This document shows, one piece after another, positions 57,852-64,000 of a stretch of DNA of 64,000 bases (positions are counted from its first letter, which is position 1; each line of letters starts with the position of its first letter). This stretch comes from Candidatus Peregrinibacteria bacterium Greene0416_19. GTDB taxonomy: Bacteria > Patescibacteriota > Gracilibacteria > Peribacterales > Peribacteraceae. The position numbers and the translations under genes were made by a program. The notes beneath the pieces were generated by a model, which searched no databases, had not been told where the DNA came from, and saw only the letters and a list, made by a program, of their open reading frames with translations. The stretch covers positions 1,494 to 65,493 of the forward strand of contig VMEW01000007.1 of assembly GCA_007375735.1 (NCBI GenBank). The letters are read 5' to 3'.

Positions 57852-58691
57852 TCACAAGGCACCCTGTAACTCCTTTGCCATCTCCTTTGCCGCTTTCATG
57901 GCCGCCTCCTTCCAATCCTTCCCTTTCGATGCGTAGATGATCGAGCGTGAGGCGTTGACGATCGCGCCCGTCCCATTCGGAATGAATCCGTGCTTCACCT
58001 CCTGCGCCGTGCCGCCCTGCGCGCCGTAGCCGGGGATGAGGAACGGAATGTGCGGCATGAGCGTGCGCAGGTACTTGAGTTCCTCCGGGTACGTCGCACC
58101 CACGACGGCGCCGACACATGACAGGTTCGATTGTGAGCCGAAGTGTTGCGCTCCCCAACTTTCCACAAGTTGTGCGAGGTGTTCATGGACCACTTCGTCG
58201 CCGACCGGAAGATCCTGCAACTCGCCCGAACTTGGATTGCTCGTCTTCACGAGGATGAAGATGCCCTTGTCGTTCTTCGTGCAGCGCTCGACGAACGGCT
58301 TGATGCCGTCGGAGCCGAGGTATGGGTTCACCGTGATGGCGTCGACGGGACTCTCTTCGTACAGGTATGCGTCTGCGTACGCCTCGCACGTGGAGCCGAT
58401 GTCACTGCGCTTGCCATCGGCGATGACAATCATTCCCTGTTCCCTGGCATACCGGCAAGTATCCCAGAACACTTTCATGCCTTCCCAGCCGAGCAGCTCG
58501 TAGTACGCAAGCTGCGGCTTCACCGAACAGGCGATGTTTTTCGTCGCGTCGATGATTCCCTTGTTAAAGGCGAGAACTCCTTCGGGGTCTTTTGAAATTC
58601 CCTCGGGCAATTTCTCAAGTTGCGGATCGAGGCCGATGCAGACGGGGGATTTTTGTTGAGCGGCCTTCGTCAGCGCGTCCGCGAAGTGCAT
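57852..58691 (-). CDS. pyrF: Orotidine-5'-phosphate decarboxylase
   Basis: CIGLDP, KPQLAYYE, DGKRSDIGST, VKTSNP, VVGAT, PGYGAQGG, NASRSI. Confidence 0.96.
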   Translation of the reverse strand: MHFADALTKAAQQKSPVCIGLDPQLEKLPEGISKDPEGVLAFNKGIIDATKNIACSVKPQLAYYELLGWEGMKVFWDTCRYAREQGMIVIADGKRSDIGSTCEAYADAYLYEESPVDAITVNPYLGSDGIKPFVERCTKNDKGIFILVKTSNPSSGELQDLPVGDEVVHEHLAQLVESWGAQHFGSQSNLSCVGAVVGATYPEELKYLRTLMPHIPFLIPGYGAQGGTAQEVKHGFIPNGTGAIVNASRSIIYASKGKDWKEAAMKAAKEMAKELQGAL

Positions 58692-58734
58692 GGATGTCAC
58701 CATACAAGAGTGCCAGGTCCTGCGCCAGATTGCC

Positions 58735-59163
58735 TTACCGGATCATCTCTCCCCGTGCCAACCTTTCTGATTCGAGTTTTTCGAACACCCGTCGGTGGAC
58801 TGCATCGTCGCCTTCTTCCAGCAAGAGATGCGCGAGTTCGGCGCGGAACCGGATGGAATCATCGAGAGCTTTCCTGCGGTCAGCGTCCTCTCCGATGGGG
58901 ATGGAACCGATGGTCTCCGCGCACCGGTCAAACAGATCGGTGCCGGTTCTCGCCAGCCCACGCGCCACCGCCAGGTTCTCCATTCCCAGATAGTGGATGT
59001 AGATGGCATCCCATGCCTTTCTGACGAGCATGCGCAAGCGGGAGACATCGGGATATGGCGTCGTGTCCCCGTCCGGCAGCGCTTCAGACAGCTCCGTGAG
59101 CGCCGAGACTACGCCGGGAGCGCTGACCCAATGAGGGTCGTTCTTCGTCATGGTGGCGATCAT
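58735..59163 (-). CDS. Hypothetical protein
   Basis: 142-aa helical ORF. Confidence 0.55.
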   Translation of the reverse strand: MIATMTKNDPHWVSAPGVVSALTELSEALPDGDTTPYPDVSRLRMLVRKAWDAIYIHYLGMENLAVARGLARTGTDLFDRCAETIGSIPIGEDADRRKALDDSIRFRAELAHLLLEEGDDAVHRRVFEKLESERLARGEMIR

Positions 59164-59647
59164 ACACCTGTGGTCTGTCTAGGGACGAGCGGATGCTTTC
59201 CTTGTTCATGCCCCCACCCCCAGCCCCTCCCCCTCGGCTCCGACGCTGCGCGTCTCCGCCTGGGAGAGGGGAGCTTCTTTCAAGCTCGTGGATGATCATT
59301 TGCCGTACCCTTGGTAGGTCATTCAATACTCCGTCATTTGTGAACCGAAGGATCCGAATTCCGAATTCACTAAGCATTAATGTGCGCTCTCGATCGTATT
59401 CTTGCTGAGTCTTTTTATCGTGAACCGATCCGTCTATCTCAATTCCGAGACGAGCAGAGTCACAGTAGAAATCGAGGATGAAAAGTTTGAAGGGATGCTG
59501 CCTGCGAAAGTGATAACTATGCAATCTGTGATGACGGAGCATGCTCCAAATAATTCTTTCCGATTTCGTTGGTTCCTTTCGCATCAGGCGGGCATGAGAA
59601 ACAACGGTCCGATGCGGTGATCGCAATCCATAGTTTCCCCTGTACAT
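59084..59647 (-). CDS. DUF559 / Vsr-like endonuclease domain protein
   Basis: ARLMRKEPTKSERIIWSMLR…FRRQHP…ILDFYC…IEIDGSVH…YDRERT…ILRFTN; C-terminal tail reads through the flanking repeat. Confidence 0.88.
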   Translation of the reverse strand: MYRGNYGLRSPHRTVVSHARLMRKEPTKSERIIWSMLRHHRLHSYHFRRQHPFKLFILDFYCDSARLGIEIDGSVHDKKTQQEYDRERTLMLSEFGIRILRFTNDGVLNDLPRVRQMIIHELERSSPLPGGDAQRRSRGGGAGGGGMNKESIRSSLDRPQVYDRHHDEERPSLGQRSRRSLGAHGAV

Positions 59648-59723
59648 TTTCGTTCTCCCCTCTCCCAGGCCGCACACCCCGCAGGGTTGCGGCTGAGGGG
59701 GAGGGGCTGGGGGTGGGGGCATG
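59207..59723. mobile_element. Candidate element: DUF559 core enclosed by ~67-bp imperfect inverted repeats
   Basis: 59207-59238 vs reverse complement of 59692-59723 match 31/32; 59258-59273 vs 59655-59670 match 16/16. Confidence 0.7.
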
Positions 59724-59797
59724 GTATAGAGAAGGAATCCGCTGATCACGTGTGAAACGTAGTAGCATGGAATGAGGAGAGTAACAGCTGCACACGA

Positions 59798-61297
59798 TCA
59801 CGCACCGACGTTCTGCCGATATTGCAACGCCTCCGCCACATGCGCCGTCCGTATGTCTTCGCTGCCTTCCAAATCCGCAATCGTCCGTGCCACTTTGATC
59901 GTCCGGTGGTAACTCCGCGCCGAGAGGCCAAGCCGCAGCACGGCCTGCTGTAGCAATTTCTTCGATGCCTCATCCAGCGGGCACAGTTCATCGATCATCC
60001 GCACGCTCATTTCCTTGTTGGTGGAGATGCGGAGTTTTTCAAAACGCAATCGCTGCCGTTCCCGCGCATGGCGCACGCGGGCGGCAATGTCGGTCGTGGT
60101 CTCGGCGCTCCGCGGCTTCTTCTGCAGATCCTCCACCGGCACGGCCTGCACGTCGATCTTCAGATCGATGCGATCGAGGAGCGGGGCGGAGATGCGGCGC
60201 TGGATCTTCTGCGCGCCGCCGACGCTGTACTCCGGCGGGTTCATGGCGGCGACCAGGATGAAATCGGCGGGGAAAGTGACGGTGCCGTGCGCGCGGGTGA
60301 TGGTGATGGTGCGGTCCTCGAGCGGCTGTCGCAACACTTCGAGGACCTGTGCGGGGAATTCGGCAAGTTCATCCAGGAACAGCACGCCGCGGTGGGCCAG
60401 GCTGATCTCGCCGGGCCCCGGGATCTGCCCGCCGCCGACGATCGAGACGCCGCTCGCGGTGTGGTGGACGATGCGGAACGGACGGGTCTGGAGGAGCGGC
60501 GTGTCTTTGGGGAGCAGATTCGCGACCGAGTAGATCTGCGATACCTCAATGGATTCCTCTTGCGTGAGCGGTGGCAGGATGCCGCGGAAGGCGCGGGCGA
60601 GCAGCGTCTTCCCCGCGCCAGGCACCCCGCTCATGAGCACGTTGTGACCGCCGGCCGCGGCGATTTCGAGCGCGCGCTTGGCATGCTCCTGCCCACGTAC
60701 GTCTGAGAAGTCGATGAGATCATCGGGAAGCGCGGCAGCTGCGCTTGCAGGAGGAATCACCGGATCCGGCTTACGGATACCGGTGAGGATGTCGACGAGT
60801 TCATTCAGACTCGCAGGTGCGATTACCTCAACACCGGGGATGAGCGCCGCTTCCGGCCCGTTCACTGCTGGCACGACGAGTGATCTGATCCCCATCTTCG
60901 CGCAGGCGATCGCGGCCGAGAGGACCCCCGATACATGGCGCAGGCTTCCGTCGAGTGAGAGTTCGCCCAAGAAAGCCATTGTTTTCAACTTCTCCAGATC
61001 GACCGTGATGAGCTCCTGCTCGATCAAGACCGCGAGGGCGATCGGGAGATCGAATCGCGGGCCGGCCTTGCGCAGGTCGCCGGGCGCCAGATTGGCCGTG
61101 ATCACGCGCCCCGTCGGCTGGTGGAACCCGGAGCTGCGGATGGCGATGCGCACACGCTGCTTGCTCTCCTGCACGGCGGTGTCGCCGAGTCCGACGATGA
61201 AGAACTTCGCCTGATCGGAGTAGCTGATGCCCGCCTCGACGGTGATTTTCTCGGCTCGGAGACCGATGGTCGCGAAGGAGGTGATGGGGCTCGCCAT
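59798..61297 (-). CDS. comM: YifB/ComM family Mg-chelatase-like AAA+ ATPase
   Basis: IVGLGDTAVQES, NLAPGDLRK, GGHNVLMSGVPGAGKT, GEISLAHRGVLFLDE, LSARSY…VARTIADL. Confidence 0.93.
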   Translation of the reverse strand: MASPITSFATIGLRAEKITVEAGISYSDQAKFFIVGLGDTAVQESKQRVRIAIRSSGFHQPTGRVITANLAPGDLRKAGPRFDLPIALAVLIEQELITVDLEKLKTMAFLGELSLDGSLRHVSGVLSAAIACAKMGIRSLVVPAVNGPEAALIPGVEVIAPASLNELVDILTGIRKPDPVIPPASAAAALPDDLIDFSDVRGQEHAKRALEIAAAGGHNVLMSGVPGAGKTLLARAFRGILPPLTQEESIEVSQIYSVANLLPKDTPLLQTRPFRIVHHTASGVSIVGGGQIPGPGEISLAHRGVLFLDELAEFPAQVLEVLRQPLEDRTITITRAHGTVTFPADFILVAAMNPPEYSVGGAQKIQRRISAPLLDRIDLKIDVQAVPVEDLQKKPRSAETTTDIAARVRHARERQRLRFEKLRISTNKEMSVRMIDELCPLDEASKKLLQQAVLRLGLSARSYHRTIKVARTIADLEGSEDIRTAHVAEALQYRQNVGA

Positions 61298-61422
61298 GGG
61301 AGTGGAGGAGGTTTCGGCAGGAAAGTTCGACAAGGAAGGTTCAAAAAGAGTGTACGATAGTACACCTTCCGGGAAAAGCGGATGGAATGGACAGGGAAAA
61401 GGTTTTATTGTCCTCCCCTTTC

Positions 61423-61818
61423 ATGGGAATGATCGCCTCGCTCCTCGGCCGCCCCGCCATTGCCCCGCACCTCCTGCTGGGCAGGCAGGGCGAACAGGTT
61501 GCCGCCGCCTATCTCCGCTCCGTCGGTTACCGGGTGGATGAAGTGAACGTCCGCGTCGGCCGGCACGACGAGATAGACCTCATCGCCTTCGATCCTTCGG
61601 ATGAGGTTCTGGTGTTCGTGGAAGTGAAGACGACTGCGCAGTGGGACGAGCGGTTCCCGCCCGAGATGCGGCTGGATCACCGCAAACGCCGCGCGCTCTC
61701 CCGCGCCGCGCAGGGGTGGGTGACGAGGCAGGAGTATGACGGTGCCTTCCGCATTGATTTAGTGTGTGTGGCGGGTGGGAAGGTGGTGGATCACTTTAAG
61801 GAGATTGGGGGGGGGTGA
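61423..61818 (+). CDS. yraN: YraN (UPF0102) family nuclease
   Basis: LGRQGEQVAAAYL…EIDLIA…LVFVEVKT…RIDLV. Confidence 0.9.
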   Translation: MGMIASLLGRPAIAPHLLLGRQGEQVAAAYLRSVGYRVDEVNVRVGRHDEIDLIAFDPSDEVLVFVEVKTTAQWDERFPPEMRLDHRKRRALSRAAQGWVTRQEYDGAFRIDLVCVAGGKVVDHFKEIGGG

Positions 61819-61833
61819 TAACACTTCTCCTTT

Positions 61834-62484
61834 TCAGTGATAGTTTATCATGAGGTAGCTGAGGTCCGTTGGCGGATGAATGCAGCGCTTCATGTCGTAC
61901 ATGAATCGAAGCCTTCTCTGATCACTTAGGTCGGTCACTCTCAGCAGTCCACTCGGTGCCAGATACAGTAGTTTTTCCCTATTATTGAGGTAGAGAGCCG
62001 GTTCTGCTCCTGCCTCTAGGATGCAGAGCACGACATGTCGGATCTGGTCGATGTAGTGCAGCTCCTCAGGTGGTTGCAGACAGTCGCGGTTCTCTCTCAG
62101 TTCGTACACAAAATCGTCTTCAGTGAAGTCCGTCCCAGCTACCACTGCGACACGTGATGTTTTCGAAAGCGAACTTTTTCCGAAAAATTCACCGAGAATG
62201 AGGCGACTCGTTTCTTTGTATTGTTTCAATCCCATTTCAGTGTCTGGACTTGGTTCAAATGGACCGAAACAGGGAGGGAGGTGCAGTAAGCTCCTCAGCT
62301 CCAACCTTGGTTTGAACGTTCCAACTAGGATACATGCGGCGCTCACTGCCTCCAAACTTGGCCCTGCACGACGTGTAATACTGAACTGATTCATGTCCAC
62401 GTCGGCTCTGCCCTCCACTTCATTGATCCTTCCCCATCCTTCGTACTCATACGTGCGGACAAGACTGTCTATCATGATGTTCAC
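61834..62484 (-). CDS. Hypothetical protein (AT-richer than neighbours)
   Basis: 216-aa ORF, no recognised motif. Confidence 0.5.
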   Translation of the reverse strand: MNIMIDSLVRTYEYEGWGRINEVEGRADVDMNQFSITRRAGPSLEAVSAACILVGTFKPRLELRSLLHLPPCFGPFEPSPDTEMGLKQYKETSRLILGEFFGKSSLSKTSRVAVVAGTDFTEDDFVYELRENRDCLQPPEELHYIDQIRHVVLCILEAGAEPALYLNNREKLLYLAPSGLLRVTDLSDQRRLRFMYDMKRCIHPPTDLSYLMINYH

Positions 62485-62525
62485 TTTATAATATTATTCA
62501 ATTTAATCAATATGGCCAGAATTCC

Positions 62526-63128
62526 CTACAAATAGACAAGATATCCCCGTCGTGTGTACTCCATTATCCGCACATACTCCCCGTACACCCGCGCTCGCGA
62601 GACTGCATGCTTCCGCCACGTCTCCCTCCGCACTTCCACTCCTTCATACGTTGCCGGATAACTGAAGCAGGAGAGCGCGACGCCCGGAAAATGCTTTGCG
62701 AGTGTCCGTGCACACCGCCCGCTGTGATGCGCCTTGCAGGCGAAGACGATCGATCGCGGATCGAGGTGATGCTCTTTCAGAATCATTTTCCCGAACATGA
62801 CGTTCTCGCCGGTGTTCGTCGACCGGTCTTCGGTCAGGATGCGATCGGATGGAACGCCGTGCGACACGAGCGCATCGCGGATGGTGTGTGCCTGCGGCTC
62901 CTCCCCTGCCGGCGCGGTCGGGGGTCCCTTTCCGGTTGTGAGCACGATCGGCGCGATGTTCTTCATGATGAAAAGATCAGCCACCGATTTCCAGTCACCG
63001 TCACTAGTGCCGAAGACGAAGAGGAGATCGGATGATTTTGGTTCCGACGGAAAGAAGACGGTCGCCTCGATGCGATCCAACTCCGTAGAGGAGAGGGGCG
63101 GGACGGCGGGTTCGCGGGGGAGGGGCAT
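62526..63128 (-). CDS. YdcF/ElyC (DUF218) family protein
   Basis: LLFVFG, GVPSDRILTEDRSTNTGENV, HHSGR. Confidence 0.85.
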   Translation of the reverse strand: MPLPREPAVPPLSSTELDRIEATVFFPSEPKSSDLLFVFGTSDGDWKSVADLFIMKNIAPIVLTTGKGPPTAPAGEEPQAHTIRDALVSHGVPSDRILTEDRSTNTGENVMFGKMILKEHHLDPRSIVFACKAHHSGRCARTLAKHFPGVALSCFSYPATYEGVEVRRETWRKHAVSRARVYGEYVRIMEYTRRGYLVYL

Positions 63129-63137
63129 GGATGCTGA

Positions 63138-64000
63138 TTAGAACCATTTGATCCCATCACGTGCAATCCATCCATCCGCCTCCGCCGGCCCCATCGTTCC
63201 TGCAGGATAGAGATGTAGTGGCGTCGTCTCCCTGCTCAGGTGCGCCTGCAGCGGATCCACCAGCCGCCATGCGGCTCGGACTTCGTTGAAGGTGAGGAAC
63301 CAGTGCTTCTTGCCGTGGATGGCTTCGAGCAGCAGGAGGCCGTGTTCCGGCAGGCAGTCACCGACGCAGACGAGCGGGTCTTCCAGAATCAGCGGGCGGA
63401 ACATCGGCTCGGTGCCGCCGAGCTTCGTCTGCAAAAAGATCCGCATGCCGGCTTCGCCTTGTAAAATGATGTCGAGGCGGTTCGGACTCGATCCTTCGCC
63501 GACCACGCGCGGCACCTGGAATTGGAGTGAAATCCGCGTCTCCTTTTTGGTGAGTCGTTTTCCCGAACGCATGTAGAACGGCACGCCCTGCCAGCGGCTC
63601 TCGCGGCTGAGGAGCTTGAGGGCCGTGTACGTATTCGTGCGCGAGTTGTTCTCCACGCCCTCCTCTTCGCGGTAGCCAGGCACCTCCTTTTTCCCCACCG
63701 TTCCGCGCGTGTACTGCCCCTGCACTACGATGTCATTCAGGTCCGCCGCCGGCGGCAGGTAGAACTGCTGGAGGGCGTTGGTCCGCGCCTCGCGGATCTG
63801 ATCGTCCGTATCCTTTATATGCATGGTCAGCAGCGATGCCATCATCAGCAGGTGACTCTGCACCATGTCGCGGAAGGTCCCGGTGTGCTCGAAGTAACCG
63901 GCGCGTTCCTCTATCCCCACGCTCTCGAGCGCGGTGATTTCCACATGTTGGATGAGCGTGTTCTTGAACAGCCGTTCGAGGATGGGGTTCGCGAAGCGCA
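63138..64000 (-). CDS. zwf: Glucose-6-phosphate 1-dehydrogenase; 5' part outside the window
   Basis: RFANPILE, E…GIEERAGYF, RDMVQSHLL, RWQGVPFYMRSGKRL, YPAGTMGP. Confidence 0.95.
   Translation of the reverse strand, partial: RFANPILERLFKNTLIQHVEITALESVGIEERAGYFEHTGTFRDMVQSHLLMMASLLTMHIKDTDDQIREARTNALQQFYLPPAADLNDIVVQGQYTRGTVGKKEVPGYREEEGVENNSRTNTYTALKLLSRESRWQGVPFYMRSGKRLTKKETRISLQFQVPRVVGEGSSPNRLDIILQGEAGMRIFLQTKLGGTEPMFRPLILEDPLVCVGDCLPEHGLLLLEAIHGKKHWFLTFNEVRAAWRLVDPLQAHLSRETTPLHLYPAGTMGPAEADGWIARDGIKWF

Noticed and set aside
1..64000. CRISPR array or cas genes
   Set aside because: No regularly spaced repeat-spacer series; repeats are dispersed palindromes or microsatellites
1..64000. 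Genetic code 25 (TGA=Gly) as in Gracilibacteria/Absconditabacteria
   Set aside because: Conserved genes end at TGA at expected positions, and ATGA overlaps are common

Overview
GC-rich bacterial chromosomal window read with the standard code (TGA stops are used in ATGA overlaps). Gene style suggests a CPR/Patescibacteria genome, probably Ca. Peribacteria/Peregrinibacteria (inference only). 1-9.0 kb is a minus-strand copper island: a Cys/His/Met-rich leader ORF, an HMA-DsbD_2/TauE-cupredoxin protein, DsbA, CsoR, CopZ, a 1310-aa fusion of a Cu(I) P1B-ATPase with a complete copper nitrite reductase (NirK-like) and a His/Cys-rich tail, a broken membrane-protein gene and a lipoprotein multicopper oxidase. 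9.1-19.7 kb holds two parallel modules, each a small helical gene followed by a very large coiled-coil protein (2367 and 850 aa), sharing a promoter motif and an N-terminal RRx5Ex(K/R)xxF motif. 31-40.2 kb is a five-gene, translationally coupled operon of secreted Cys-rich proteins, one with HExxH. Housekeeping genes include aspS, nrdR, tsaC, dnaE, a double-OB ssb, murB, gltX, a cyclophilin, murG, ftsW, lspA, murA, tRNA-Arg(CCT), pyrF, comM, yraN and zwf. Also present: two DinJ-YafQ TA pairs, a DnaA-box cluster, an LMF1-family gene, an SLH protein, a divergent archaeal-type GAPDH-like gene behind an attenuator-like leader, and a DUF559 nuclease bracketed by inverted repeats. Several families of short palindromic or microsatellite elements occur, some in frame inside core genes. 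All assignments come from motif recognition by eye; no searches were run.
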